DNA of 64,000 nt from a virus (IMGVR_UViG_3300025015_000010:104735-168734), one strand, 5' to 3'. Shown: positions 21,974 to 33,442, counted from the first letter of the stretch. The notes: generated from the letters alone by a model not told the origin. A program made the numbers and translations.

Positions 21974-22394
21974 AATCTGTAATTAACCTTCCGTTCAAGT
22001 GGTCAATTTCGTGGCAAACGACCCTGGCTTCGTAATTAGACAGGCACAGTTCTACCTTATGTTTGGATAGATCATTTCCAGTAACCCTGATTTCCTTGGG
22101 CCTCGGTACCGCCACTCTGGCATCTGGTATAGACAGGCAACCTTCAAATTCGGTAATTACCTTTTTAGACCGCCAGATGATTTGAGGGTTGATAAGCCCA
22201 GGAATTCCGGGCAAATCAGTAATCAGCATTCTTAGCTGTTTACCTATTTGTGGAGCAGCCAGGCCAATACCGCCAAGTTTTCGCATCAATGTTTGCATGG
22301 CCACGATAAGTGGCTCGATGTTATAATCCGATGGCACATCCAGGCATGGCTGGGTTAGTTTTGGATCAGGCCAGAGGACTAGTTTAAGCTTCAT
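21966..22394 (-). CDS. def: Peptide deformylase
   Basis: GIGLAAPQIG, EGCLS, HEIDHLNG; likely start MKLKLVLWPD. Confidence 0.92.
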   Translation of the reverse strand: MKLKLVLWPDPKLTQPCLDVPSDYNIEPLIVAMQTLMRKLGGIGLAAPQIGKQLRMLITDLPGIPGLINPQIIWRSKKVITEFEGCLSIPDARVAVPRPKEIRVTGNDLSKHKVELCLSNYEARVVCHEIDHLNGRLITDYE

Positions 22395-23454
22395 ACTGAC
22401 GAAGTTGCGTGGAAGATACGTGAGCATACTTTCTATGCTCAGTAGCAGAATAGGCGAATCCACCATTTTTACCCCAGGGGCTTGCAAGCGATTTGATGGC
22501 GCCGTTGATTTCACGAGAAAACACCATAAATGCTATGTCTAGGTTTTCCAACTCGGCTATCATTTTATTACGGTCAGAAACGCTACCTGAGTAGTATTTA
22601 GGATCGATGATCCGCTCCCAAGTATCAATGCCTACCAGAAAGGTTACGCCTGGATTAAGCCTAGCTTTGTCAATGAATAGTGGCGCATTGGTCAGTACAA
22701 GATTGCCATCAAACTGAGCAGATCGCTGTTCGATTTCAACATAGTCAAGTGGCGGTTTGTCAACATTAGTTATGGATAATTCAAATGCTGCATGAGCGTC
22801 ATAAATTTCGAGTACTGTTTGGACCATCTCTTTATGTCCATCATGCAGTGGATTAAATGATCCGGAAAGTATAAAACGCTTTGTTGCTGGATATCTATGC
22901 AGTGGTTTAGGAATATAGCAACCGGGGCTGTGAAGGATGTTTACTAGGCCTGCATCAGCAACTATTTTTGCAGTAGGTTCAATATTTGTCGTATCCGTTA
23001 CAGCATCGCCCAGGAAGTCAATAATAAGTTGCGAAACTTCTGCTTCTTCGAGTTCGCGAGTATTATCCAACTCTGTATGGAAAGTACACGTTGTGTCTCG
23101 TGTTTGGTAGGCAAGGTATACTACATGCTTCCTGTTTTCACGCTCGTCGGTTTTAGCTAACGAGCATGTCGCACCAAAGCCAACAACTTTCTCTTTTGTC
23201 AGCTTACCTGCCTTGATGTATGCTGCCATGGCAAGTTGCCTGGCTGTCAGGTCGGAGACATACTTTTCAGGCACGTGACCAATGAAGCCCGCCAAGCTTT
23301 CCTGGCCATAAGGCACGATAGCTTCCAATAGAAATGCCGAGCCACCCCCATGCTCCAAGAGGCTGTTGATAGCACCCGTACCGCCTCCCGTGATAGCCAG
23401 AACAGCCTTGTAGCCAGACTGGTGGATCTTAGTGATTTGGTTAAGAGGATTCAT
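22384..23454 (-). CDS. CinA-like domain fused to an HxGH nucleotidyltransferase (NMNAT-like)
   Basis: ITGGG...GGGS..LLEAIVPY N-terminus; SGSFNPLHDGH, NVDKPPL, VGIDT, SSTQLR. Confidence 0.75.
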   Translation of the reverse strand: MNPLNQITKIHQSGYKAVLAITGGGTGAINSLLEHGGGSAFLLEAIVPYGQESLAGFIGHVPEKYVSDLTARQLAMAAYIKAGKLTKEKVVGFGATCSLAKTDERENRKHVVYLAYQTRDTTCTFHTELDNTRELEEAEVSQLIIDFLGDAVTDTTNIEPTAKIVADAGLVNILHSPGCYIPKPLHRYPATKRFILSGSFNPLHDGHKEMVQTVLEIYDAHAAFELSITNVDKPPLDYVEIEQRSAQFDGNLVLTNAPLFIDKARLNPGVTFLVGIDTWERIIDPKYYSGSVSDRNKMIAELENLDIAFMVFSREINGAIKSLASPWGKNGGFAYSATEHRKYAHVSSTQLRQYEA

Positions 23455-24028
23455 GAGTGTCCTTAATTCGATCCCATTTTTCAGCATCGTTCATCCGGGC
23501 ACTAATTCCATCACAAAGATGAAGCATCCAGGCCAGTCGAGTGTTTGGAGCAACCGGACTACCAAATTCCCGTCGGCCGTGATGAGCAAGAATGGCATGC
23601 AATATGTCATTGATATACTCTTCACTCAGTTTAAGATGCGAGTTCAGTATACATGATTCATACCAGACAAGAGCGGACCTGGATATGTGGTGGATGTGTC
23701 GCTTGTGAGCAGTGGACGTCCAATCTTGGCATTCAGCATTGGGTTGTTGATAGTCCCACATCTTTCCTGCATCGTGAAACACTGCTGCTATAAAAAGCTG
23801 ACACGGGTTTACTTGTTCATTTGTTGGAAGATATTTATTATTAAGTAAGCACAATTCCGCCACTTCGAGTGTATGTTTAGCTAAACCACCTTTGCCATAG
23901 TGGTGCTGCAATGGCTTAGACGATCCCGACCATACTGAAAAGCGATAGTCTTTTAAAACTATGCTACAAAGATCCCGGACACCAAAATCGTAAGCAAGAG
24001 ACTCTAATCTTTCAACTGGCGAAGTCAC
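23441..24028 (-). CDS. HD-domain phosphohydrolase, YhaM/Cbf1-like
   Basis: HHYGKGGLAKHTLEV, FHDAGK, HAILAHHG, LHLCD. Confidence 0.82.
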   Translation of the reverse strand: MTSPVERLESLAYDFGVRDLCSIVLKDYRFSVWSGSSKPLQHHYGKGGLAKHTLEVAELCLLNNKYLPTNEQVNPCQLFIAAVFHDAGKMWDYQQPNAECQDWTSTAHKRHIHHISRSALVWYESCILNSHLKLSEEYINDILHAILAHHGRREFGSPVAPNTRLAWMLHLCDGISARMNDAEKWDRIKDTHESS

Positions 24029-24330
24029 GGCTCACCTCCCACGCTAATGTTCCCAACGTCTTACTAGATGTGTCACTTATCTTTTGTAGCTGCCTGAGCA
24101 TGTTTGGAGTCAGCATGGTTTAAATCAATGTTCTTCGCAACAGTCGTCATAGCCAAGTCGGTAAGCCAGATCAAAAGCAGCATTAAATTGAGCACGCAAT
24201 TTGTCAGCTTTGGTTTTGCGGTCTGGATGCTGAAGAATGTTTCCATCAGGGTCCAGAACAGGCCAGCCATCGAGCAGGTCAGAGTACTCGCCAACAGTGT
24301 ACGTATTCATGGCAGGTGTCCTTTCTACCA

Positions 24331-24370
24331 GGGTTAATTACAGCATACCAGATTTTATTGTGAAGTCAAG
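24331..24370 (-). promoter_or_regulatory. Repeated phage promoter element (empty site of the MITE)
   Basis: TTGACT-N16-TATGCT-GTAATTAACCC; same sequence at 50424-50439 + 50580-50603 once the MITE and one TSD are removed. Confidence 0.85.
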
Positions 24371-26201
24371 TCTTCTTTAAAAATTCTACCAGATCGTTCA
24401 AGTCGCTTGTAATCTTGGCAGGTTGTAAGGCAGCTAGGATGGTGCCTGAGTATCTACTGTTTTTGACCCGTCCATCTAGTATTGCCACCACGCCTTTGTC
24501 TGTTTCTCGTCGAATTAGTCTACCTATGCCCTGCTTTAGCGACATGATCATGTCGGCTAAATAAGTTCTATTCCAGCCATTTTTGTACTTTTTTTCTACG
24601 TAATCGTTCAAAAACGACATTACAGGGTCGGTAGGTGTCTCGAAGGGTAGTTTGTCGATGATAACGACTGTTAGTAAGTCACCCGGAAGATCGATCCCAG
24701 TCCACAGTGATCTTGTAGCAACGACGCATTTAACTTGCTTTTCGCGCAGCGATTGTGCAGCGGCAGCAGCACGCCCTGATTCTTGGAATCTTACGGAAAT
24801 ATTTCCAGGCCACTTAGCTTCAAGTTCGCGCACCATGGTCCACGAGGTACAAAGTACTAGCATACCTCCCGTAGTGGCTTTATCTAGTATTTTTACGACC
24901 CTAAGAAGCTCGTCCGCCGTAGTACCTCGATCAGATGTCTCTGGAGCATATATTCGCCTCTGATTTGCTTCGTCAAAAACTGAGGCTATCTGTACACCCT
25001 TCTCAGCCGGGAATCCCATGAGCGTTTTAACGCTGGTCTTATCTTTGTGGATCGTCGCGCTTACCCCCACGAGTCTACCTCCGAGTTCTTCGAATAACTC
25101 CTGGATTTTATTATCCAAGATCGGAGGCACGGCAAACATGTAGGCGTCAACATAATTAGGTGTTTCTATTTTATCGACGATGCGTATCCAGCCTTCAGGT
25201 ATAGGCTTGTTCATGAACTGCATGTCATCTTCGAGTTTGTAGATTCTGGCAACTAGTTTGGTAAGGTCTTCACCATAAGCAGATTCATCTGCAAAATTGT
25301 TCAGTGGTTGGCCTAATAGGCTTAAATCTTCGAATGCCGACAGCGTTTGAGTCCACCGGCCTAGACCTGGATCAAAGGGCTGAAAATTCTTCGCAAATAT
25401 TCTATCTTTGTACTTGTTTAATTCAATATCTACGAGCCCCTGAATGATTTCAAAGCCATAGATGCCCGCCTTAGATGCAGCATTAGCCAGTTGTTTAACT
25501 CGCCCACGAGATATTTTTCTCTGGAAGAAGCCTCTAGCATTTTCTCCAAAAGCGTGTACCTCATCAATGATAAAAGCAGGTTGTCGGTCTTGAAACACCT
25601 CGGTATACATTAAGTGAGCCATTAAGCTGTGATGATTGCAGATTATAACGTCTGACTTGACTGCCTGTGCTTTGGCTTTTTCATAGAAACAGTTTTTGCA
25701 TTTTTTGCATTCATCATAGTCGCCACAGATCGAAAGCCAGTCTGATCTTTTATGGTCTTCAGGTGCTGATTCCCGTCCTCCCGTTTTCTTGTCACGGATC
25801 TCGGACTCACCCCAGGTTAGCAGTCTATCCGTGATTTCGTCTCGTCCACCAGCGACGTCACAAAATGATTTAAACCTACCCTGACAAATGTAGTTCCCTT
25901 TGCCTTTTAGAATCCCCCAAGTTACGGGCATAACCTCGGCAATTTTAGGCAGATCTTCCTTGTCTAGCTGTCTTTGTAGGGCAATGCTGCTTGTGGCTAC
26001 TACAACAGGTCGGAACTTAGTAGCTAGGGCTCCACAGAGGTAGCCTAGTGTTTTGCCGGTGCCTGTGGGCGCTTCTGCGATTAACGTATAGGGTGTGTTA
26101 ATCGCAGACTCGATTTCTCCAGCCAAGGTAATCTGTGGTAGTCGAGGCGTGAACCCGCTTTTGGAGATTACTTTACGGAGCAGTTCTTCAGAGAGAGTCA
26201 T
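24366..26201 (-). CDS. dinG: DinG/YoaA-family SF2 helicase
   Basis: PRLPQ, EAPTGTGKT, LKGKGNYIC, Cys cluster, IIDEVH, WTGIDLPG, QGIGRLIR. Confidence 0.9.
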   Translation of the reverse strand: MTLSEELLRKVISKSGFTPRLPQITLAGEIESAINTPYTLIAEAPTGTGKTLGYLCGALATKFRPVVVATSSIALQRQLDKEDLPKIAEVMPVTWGILKGKGNYICQGRFKSFCDVAGGRDEITDRLLTWGESEIRDKKTGGRESAPEDHKRSDWLSICGDYDECKKCKNCFYEKAKAQAVKSDVIICNHHSLMAHLMYTEVFQDRQPAFIIDEVHAFGENARGFFQRKISRGRVKQLANAASKAGIYGFEIIQGLVDIELNKYKDRIFAKNFQPFDPGLGRWTQTLSAFEDLSLLGQPLNNFADESAYGEDLTKLVARIYKLEDDMQFMNKPIPEGWIRIVDKIETPNYVDAYMFAVPPILDNKIQELFEELGGRLVGVSATIHKDKTSVKTLMGFPAEKGVQIASVFDEANQRRIYAPETSDRGTTADELLRVVKILDKATTGGMLVLCTSWTMVRELEAKWPGNISVRFQESGRAAAAAQSLREKQVKCVVATRSLWTGIDLPGDLLTVVIIDKLPFETPTDPVMSFLNDYVEKKYKNGWNRTYLADMIMSLKQGIGRLIRRETDKGVVAILDGRVKNSRYSGTILAALQPAKITSDLNDLVEFLKKT

Positions 26202-26507
26202 TGTTTGATTGCAATTTGTGTTCTCGCAGGGCACGAATTTCGTAAATTAGACGTTTCAGTTCTAAATATGGATACGGGTAAAACCCGTGTTTGCTGCCAT
26301 ATTTTTCAGACATAATTCTTTGGTTCTCACAACTAGAATCTAGGAAGTTTAACATTTCATCTGTTACAGGATCGTCGCGTGTGCTAGTCCAATCGTCCGG
26401 ACCTTCGTTATCAACGATTCTTGTAGCATTGACATAGTAGCAATTCGGGCATGGCCTATCTAAGTCAGCATAGATGATTTTCTTGTTACATGCAATACAG
26501 TTGATCT

Positions 26508-27083
26508 TCATCGCTTTATTTTCCAAAATCTATTCATAATGCTCACGATACCAAATTTCCAGTTATTGTCTGTAGCATATTTTTTACTCATTCCAGCTAG
26601 CGTAGGCGATCCGCCCCAATATCGACCGTCGGGCGCTAAATAGTCTTGTTTTACATAGTACATGACAACATCGATGCTGTCCGCAAAAGAATTAAATGTC
26701 CAAGCCGAATTCATAGGCGAGGCGCCGAAAGCGCCATAGCCGAACAGATTTTTCTTCTTCCTGGCTATTTTTGATTTTCCCCAGCCAGATTCCCAAGCCG
26801 CGTGGGCCATAATATATACTGCATTGATACTATACTTGTCTTGAGCCGAGACGAGCGCTCTACCAAGACCGTACATTTCTTTCATCTGCCGCCGCTCAAA
26901 ATACAAATCAAAGTCTTCTGCAATTACAGGCACCTGCTGTGTCAAGTCAGTATCGATAGTGAATTCTATTGGTGTACGCGGAGCGGCAACGGGTCTACTG
27001 GTAGGTACAACGGCAAATGGCGCTACCGAGTCCAGGGCAGCCACTAGCAGCACGAGCGTAGTGAATTTAGATAGATTGTACAT
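26508..27083 (-). CDS. GH73 glucosaminidase (peptidoglycan hydrolase) with hydrophobic N-terminus
   Basis: AHAAWESGWGKS, NLFGYGA, KYATD. Confidence 0.85.
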   Translation of the reverse strand: MYNLSKFTTLVLLVAALDSVAPFAVVPTSRPVAAPRTPIEFTIDTDLTQQVPVIAEDFDLYFERRQMKEMYGLGRALVSAQDKYSINAVYIMAHAAWESGWGKSKIARKKKNLFGYGAFGASPMNSAWTFNSFADSIDVVMYYVKQDYLAPDGRYWGGSPTLAGMSKKYATDNNWKFGIVSIMNRFWKIKR

Positions 27084-29413
27084 GATTATCCTTTTCTGGC
27101 ACAGGAACAGTTCGAGCAAACCACTCCATGGCTATTAGTCGTTCGCCGATTTTTTCAAATCCATAGATAAATATGCCGTGTGCATGGATGTCTACTCTGT
27201 GTACGGTCATTTCACCTACGCACGACATGCCATCAAAAGCGTTTGCTGTGGGCCAAGAAATATCTATGTTGTCCGCGAAGCGTAGTGGCTTCTTGACTTG
27301 ATTTCCGCGTTTATCTAGGCAGCGATGCACGGAGCAGATCATGAATTACTCACTATAGCTAAAGGGTCAATAACATCAATAATCTCCCAGTTTTCATAGA
27401 ATGATCCCGACACCCACAAAGCATCTGGGTGGTAGCCTGAACCGCCGCAGCTTGGGCACTCTTTGCTGTCGCGCTCTACCGAGAAGTAAAAATTTGCTAG
27501 CTCGTTGAGATCATCGAGTTCCCACGGCCCAAATTCGGACCAAGTATTAGGCAGTTGCCTGGAATTCCAGCCATCTCCACTGTCGCTCATGTAATCTTCG
27601 TGCGGTCCCCAACAGGTGTAATCTGGGTTTAGTTTAAGTAGCCTGACCATCCATGGCTGGGCATTTAATTCAGCCAGGTCTTCTTGATCATACTTGTTGT
27701 CAGCATCCGGGTAATGGCGCATCGCTTTCTCCTTTAGATCAATTCCAATATGGCCTTAACTGTGTCAAATTTCGCTATGTCTAGCATTTTAGTTGCTTTG
27801 GTCAAGTACCTTTCCCGTTCGCCTCTGGGATAGTACCACTCAGAGTATTCCCAGTCGCACATGTCAATGTGGTTAGAGGTACAGATAGCCTTGTGCATCA
27901 TTTCGGCAAGTTCTTCAGCTTCGGTCATGGCCTGTTTCTTTCCACTAGGTCAAGTAATATCAACACTTCTTCCTTAGTTAACCTAGCCTCGACCCAGATT
28001 TCCTTGTTGTTGCTGCGCGGCTGGCCAGTAAGACTTAAAGCTAGCTCCCTAGTTATCTTGTCGGCCGTCAGAGTATCTAGCGGACTACTCATCGGCAAGA
28101 CAATAACACCGGTTACCAAGGGTCTGTCTCCAGCAGTGCGTGCAGTACACATCTGATAGAGCAGCTATAATATCTTTGCGTTCGTCTACAGTTGTGCCGT
28201 CAAGTAGTTCCAGGATTAGTTCAATCTTTGTTGCTGTATTCATTGTCTATCGCTTTCTATTCCTCTTTTTAACAGGAACTACTAGTAGCTTTTGAGCTAC
28301 AATTACCTTGCACCCATGCTGCATTCCAGTCGCAGTAACCTCTTTGAATTTTACTTTTCTTATGACGTTATATCCAGATTCTCTTGCAGATTCTCTTGCA
28401 GAGTCTCGGCTAGTATAAATATGAAAACCAGCTTTGTATTTCTTATCCTCATGATTAGTACACAGAATAATGCATCTTTTCCCGTTATTGGCATCGAGCT
28501 ATCTATTCACAGGAAATATGTAGTCTGTAAATGGTCCTTCCAGTTTGCCTTCACGTCCAACAAAAGACTTTCCAACCACAGTCTTTTGTTGGAAAGTCTT
28601 TAAGCCTGTCTAAGCACATGCTGTTTTGCCTTTCTATTAGCCTTTAACGGCTAAAATGACTACGTAGCCTAGAAAAACAACTCCCAGAAGAAGTAGCACC
28701 AAGACCGGCAGCCCCCACAGTGGTGCGGTTACCCACCACCAAGACCAGTCGATGTTATGTGTGATCTTTAGACCAAGAAACAAGATGAACATCATTCCGC
28801 ACAACCCGATCCCGCTACTATGTGTGTTATTGCTTGCCACGGCTTTCCTCCCTCTTTAGAGTTGATTACAGTATATCAGGTTTTACTGCGAAGTCAAGAG
28901 TTACTTTTCAAAATTCATTTTCCTGGCGTAGATATTTGGCTCGAATATCCTGCCTTGGTAGTCGGGCAGTATGATATTAACTTTAGATGTCACAGCCTTT
29001 GTAGTAATGTCCTGAGAATGCAGCCTATATCCCCACGGTCCTAGGAAGTGAGACAGTAAGTAATCTAGCCACTTTGTGTAGTTGTAAAGTTTGTTGGGAT
29101 CGCCGACCCAGTCTATGCACTGCCCAGACTCAGTCGGTGCCCACTGGCACCACAGTCCTGGCATACCGATAGGCGGCGAAGACCTAGAAATCACTGAATT
29201 GTCCGACTCTTGTCCCAAGTTACCTAATCCACCAGTAAAGTAACAGCCTTGTTCACCAATGGGCAGTCCCACAGCTTCACGCAATGGATCTGCTAGTTTC
29301 AATGCCAACTGAATATCTCGTTTCATATGCTTAACGTCAGCAAATCGTTGTAGGTAAGCCAAGTGCTTAGGCTTAAGACACCTGTCCAGTCTGTGAGATA
29401 GTGCAAGAGTCAT
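27067..29413 (-). other. Block of hypothetical ORFs (27067-27342, 27339-27722, 27734-27928, 28637-28840 membrane protein, 28901-29413)
   Basis: Co-oriented; 28637-28840 has LKITHNIDWSWWWVTAPLW; 28901-29413 has PGLWCQW...YNYTKWLDYL. Confidence 0.6.
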
Positions 29414-29692
29414 TAGGAATTTCCTAGGTACTTGTTCATCCGATCATGCCACTTTTGTGAACGAGCATAGTGTCGTTCAGCTAGTTCTTTCTGGCTGATC
29501 TCGGTAGCTAGATTACCTAAAGCCAGCCAATAAGCAGCTTGGCGTTTGGCACTTAGCATTTGCTGGTATCGTCTTTGTGACATACTATTTGCGCCTCCGT
29601 GTAACCAATAATTGAAATCCAGCGAGGATCAATCCTACAACGCATCCGACCCAGAATCCTTTGTCCATATTAGGCTCCGTTTAGTCATTGAG

Positions 29693-29774
29693 ATTATACT
29701 ATTTTCAAATCGGAAGTCAAGAGATAAATTATTTGAAATATAAGCTTGACTTGCTGATCAGGTAGTGATACAAT
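29693..29774. promoter_or_regulatory. Divergent sigma70-like promoters at the strand switch
   Basis: Minus TTGACT(29720-29715)-N16-TATAAT; plus TTGACT(29746-29751)-N17-TACAAT. Confidence 0.8.
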
Positions 29775-29780
29775 CTTTGA

Positions 29781-30250
29781 CGTTGAGCAGGTGACATCTG
29801 GCAGTGCTGAGTTAGCGAGAGTGATACTCTCATGGAAGCTAGGTGGTTTGCCGATGGCGGGAAAGGGCGAAGTCAGCGCTCCATCGCGTCGGACACCTGC
29901 TGTAACTGGACTCTGAAAAGGGTCCAAAATTAGACAGTTAAGACGAGCAACCGGGGGGATACCTTCCACCAGGTATTCGTTTAGGGCGTAAGTCCTAAGG
30001 ATGTGAAAGACTATGGGAAAGTAGATGCCCAGGGATATTTCCCGACGGGTAGTGCCAACGGCATGGTTAAATGGCAAGTTGATAGTTACGGACGTTTATG
30101 CTATACTGGTAAACGACGGGTAATAACCTTGGCCATCTACCGGAATTAAACCACCGGCTATCTTATGCAAGTACTAGGGAGAACAGGTTGATAGCCTAGT
30201 TCTAGGCTTTTTAGAGAAGTGTCCACAATCCCAGCCTTCTCACTGTTTTT
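29781..30250 (+). ncRNA. Candidate structured non-coding RNA(s), ~470 nt
   Basis: Starts at predicted TSS; stems agcaggtg/cacctgct (29786-29901), agtgctga/tcagcgct, gagagt/actctc, ggactc/gggtcc, ttaggg/tcctaa, gtagatg/catctac, gagaag/cttctc; ends in a T-tract; no plus-strand ORF. Confidence 0.6.
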
Positions 30251-30292
30251 TGTCATATAAGATACAAAATATTTCCTTAGACGGAGGATATC

Positions 30293-30559
30293 GTGAAGAA
30301 GTTTTTTGGAGTATGTTGTCTGGCTTTTGTGCTTGTAGTCTCGGCCTGTACTCAAAATAGCCGCGCCAAGAGTTTTGGAGGCACTGCGACTATTACACTG
30401 CCAGCAGGTAAGACTTTAGTAACAGCTACTTGGAAGGATGATCATCTATGGTATTTGACTCGTGATCGGTCTGTAGGTGAAACGCCAACTACATATCAAT
30501 TTCACGAGAAAAGTTCTTATGGCGTGCTACAAGGCGCCATCATTTTTGAGGAGAAGTAA
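30293..30559 (+). CDS. Putative lipoprotein
   Basis: GGAGG SD; signal peptide with VSAC lipobox. Confidence 0.65.
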   Translation: MKKFFGVCCLAFVLVVSACTQNSRAKSFGGTATITLPAGKTLVTATWKDDHLWYLTRDRSVGETPTTYQFHEKSSYGVLQGAIIFEEK

Positions 30560-30561
30560 AG

Positions 30562-31122
30562 ATGAGAATAGCTTTGTTTTTGGTAGTCTGTTTGGCGGCT
30601 TCGCCAGTATTTGCTCAGCAGATTAGAACTGTGCAGGTTCCAGAGAATATGCTGACAGCCGAACAGAAAGCTCAGATTGAAGCCGAGAATCTAAAGTCTA
30701 GGGTGGAGCAGTATGGTAACTGGGTTGGTTTCGGAGCCGAACTCGGCCACGCTGTAGATAGTTCTCTGGGAGCACTGACCGAGCGTGCTGATCAGTTTTC
30801 AAAGACTGGCGTGGGTAAGTTTACTCTGGTGTTGGTAGCCTGGAGGGTAATCGGTGAGGATTTCGCCAGGATTGTTATCGGGCTGGGGCTATTTTTAGTC
30901 CTTATTCCTATCTGGGTTTGGTCATTTCATCGGAATGTGGTTGAACGGTCGGTTCTACTGAAAGTGCTTCCGGATAAGACTCGTGAATATAAAGTCGTAA
31001 ACAAGCGCGACGAATTCAAGCACAGTAGTGTGGCAGACCAGAAAACGTGTTATATGCTGTGGCATTGGCTTATTCTAGGCTTAATCGTTGTGCTCAACAG
31101 TCTGCTGATGTTCGCAGGCTAA
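30562..31122 (+). CDS. Membrane protein with signal peptide
   Basis: N-terminal signal (AxA-like) and several hydrophobic segments. Confidence 0.65.
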   Translation: MRIALFLVVCLAASPVFAQQIRTVQVPENMLTAEQKAQIEAENLKSRVEQYGNWVGFGAELGHAVDSSLGALTERADQFSKTGVGKFTLVLVAWRVIGEDFARIVIGLGLFLVLIPIWVWSFHRNVVERSVLLKVLPDKTREYKVVNKRDEFKHSSVADQKTCYMLWHWLILGLIVVLNSLLMFAG

Positions 31123-31608
31123 TATGGACCAACTAGAAATAGCCAAGCGATTAACAGTAGCTTTGCGAGCACTATCCAAGATTCCAGAGCCCGATCCACT
31201 TGCACTTGACTGGGATGTTGAGTTTTCTACCAGCAATGCTAAGCAGTACATCCGTCAAGCGCGCAGACACATGGATCAAGCCACTTTAGATGAGGCCAGC
31301 AAACTAGCTGATAGTGTGCTAATTTCGACGGATTTAGCTGATGAGGTTATTCAGGCAGGTGCAGCATTAATTGAAGAGTTAGGCAATTTGGTAGATAGAT
31401 TGCGTGGCAACCAAGATCCTGAAAGGCCGTGATGTTAAAAGTTATCGGCTTCGATGATTAGAACTTCTTACTTAGTTCAGGGGATGGTTTTCAGTGCCGC
31501 AACAGCCTTTGTTATGTTGGCTCATAACTGGCCTGGATCAGCCGTAGGCGCAGCAATAGTATTTTATAGCCTAGCAAAGTACCTAAGCCCAACTAAGTAC
31601 GGTGACGA

Positions 31609-32157
31609 GTGAACATTTGGTTCAGTGCCGACTGGCATCTCGGGCATGCCAACATCATTAAGTACTGTAATCGGCCGTTTAAGTCGATACAGGAACATGA
31701 TAATGCTCTAATTGCCAATATTAATGCGGTTGTAGACCAAGAAGATACTCTGTATTTTCTTGGCGATTTCTGCATGAGCCGAGATTACAAGATTGTGGCT
31801 GAATATAGGCGAAGAATAAACTGTGCCGTTATAGTTATGCTCCTCGGTAATCACGATAGGATGTATGCACCTGAGTACAGAAGCGTTGGATTTCTGTCAG
31901 AAGGTAGCCCATATTGCGAGCGCACAATAAACAACCAACGAATCACAATGTGCCACTATGCGATGCGCGTATGGAATCATTTGCATCACGGTTCGTGGCA
32001 CTTGTATGGTCACTCACATGGTGGTTTGCCTGAAGATCCGGTAGCTAAGAGCATGGATGTGGGGATCGATTGTCACCCTGAGTATCGGCCATTTAGTTAC
32101 AGTGAGATCAAAATGAAGCTGGATAAGAAGCCGGGTTACTTGGTAGGTAGCAGGTGA
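31609..32157 (+). CDS. Calcineurin-like metallophosphoesterase
   Basis: ADWHLGH, LGDF, GNHD, CHY, LYGHSH. Confidence 0.9.
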   Translation: MNIWFSADWHLGHANIIKYCNRPFKSIQEHDNALIANINAVVDQEDTLYFLGDFCMSRDYKIVAEYRRRINCAVIVMLLGNHDRMYAPEYRSVGFLSEGSPYCERTINNQRITMCHYAMRVWNHLHHGSWHLYGHSHGGLPEDPVAKSMDVGIDCHPEYRPFSYSEIKMKLDKKPGYLVGSR

Positions 32158-32851
32158 CCGAGATAGTAGGATATAAATTTCTTACTAAAGACGGTATCAA
32201 GGCGAGATCATTCTACGGAAATGTAGAGTGGTCTATGCCTCAAGGCGGTATTCCTGGTGAGTGGCATAGGCATAATGGCAGTGTAGTTGTTTGTAAATCT
32301 GGATTTCATGCTTATAGTACGCTGTTTGGCTGTTTGAGACAATGTATTGTCAAGGATATTTTGTGTGTAGTCGAAGCCGGTGGAAATATTGATAGGCATG
32401 ATGGTCTGTTTGCGGCATCAGAGATGCGCGTAATTAGAGCTTTCGATTTAACGAGCCTTGCTGCTATTACGTCCATGATTCATGGAGTATGGGTTAATAG
32501 GTATATTGAATCCTAGTGATATGGAATTTAGCCCAGAGTATGCGGCATGTGTACTGGCTATCGTCAGTCAAGGATACAATGCGGCATCAAGTATGATGCA
32601 TAAAGTTAAGACGTCCAATTCTCGTGATAGTATTCTGTTAGATAAAGCTTGGCAGCAGGTCAGTGAAGAGGCACAGAAACTTGGTGACGTTGCAGTACAT
32701 ATGACTAATGAGCAGTTACGAGCACACACGCCTGTATTTCGAGGCGGCGAAATTAAGTGATCTTTACATTAGGTAAGATATGGTGTCCAAGATGCGGACT
32801 GAGACTACTTACTATAAACTATCCGACATTGCATGGTAAGTTGCGCTTTGA

Positions 32852-33442
32852 TTGTCAGAATATGTGTCCAGTATTTTTTGTGAGGATTCGGTAATCGATA
32901 CAAACTGGGTTGATAAAGAATGTAAGCGCGTCGAATATTTCACGCCTGAGAGTATTTTAGCCTGTACTAGATATTACTTTGAAGGCCAGATTCCCTTAGA
33001 TCCGGCAACAACTAGTACTAATCCTACAAAGGCAGAAAGGTTCTATACAATAGTAGATAATGGCCTAGTACAGCCGTGGTATCACGGTGTGTTTGTGAAT
33101 CCGCCTTATGGCCGAGTAATCAGAGATTGGACAAAAAAAATCCGCGAAGCATCCGAACTAGGTACGCAGATTATAGCATTGTTACCGCGCGGCACCAGGT
33201 TTTCTACTCTATACTGGCAAGATAATATTTTAAGCAGTAGGCTTAATGCAGTCTGTTTTGTTCGTGGGCGAGTCAACTTTTTAGACGAACACGGTAACAA
33301 GATCACCCACATAGATAAGCACGGCAAGAAAAAATCGAGCGGGAATCCATATGACAGTGCGATCTATGGTTATAATGTGTTTCAGGACAGGTTTGTTGAG
33401 GCTTTTGGCAAATTGGGAAAAGTTCTGAGGATCAGCATTTGA
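32852..33442 (+). CDS. Phage DNA N6-adenine methyltransferase
   Basis: FTP, LDPA, DNGL..PW, VFVNPPYG, FVRGRVNF. Confidence 0.82.
   Translation: MSEYVSSIFCEDSVIDTNWVDKECKRVEYFTPESILACTRYYFEGQIPLDPATTSTNPTKAERFYTIVDNGLVQPWYHGVFVNPPYGRVIRDWTKKIREASELGTQIIALLPRGTRFSTLYWQDNILSSRLNAVCFVRGRVNFLDEHGNKITHIDKHGKKKSSGNPYDSAIYGYNVFQDRFVEAFGKLGKVLRISI

Noticed and set aside
29781-30250. RNase P, tmRNA or group I/II intron identity
   Set aside because: Diagnostic elements (GAGGAAAGUCC/P4, tRNA-like ends, R/S elements, domain V) were not found by eye.
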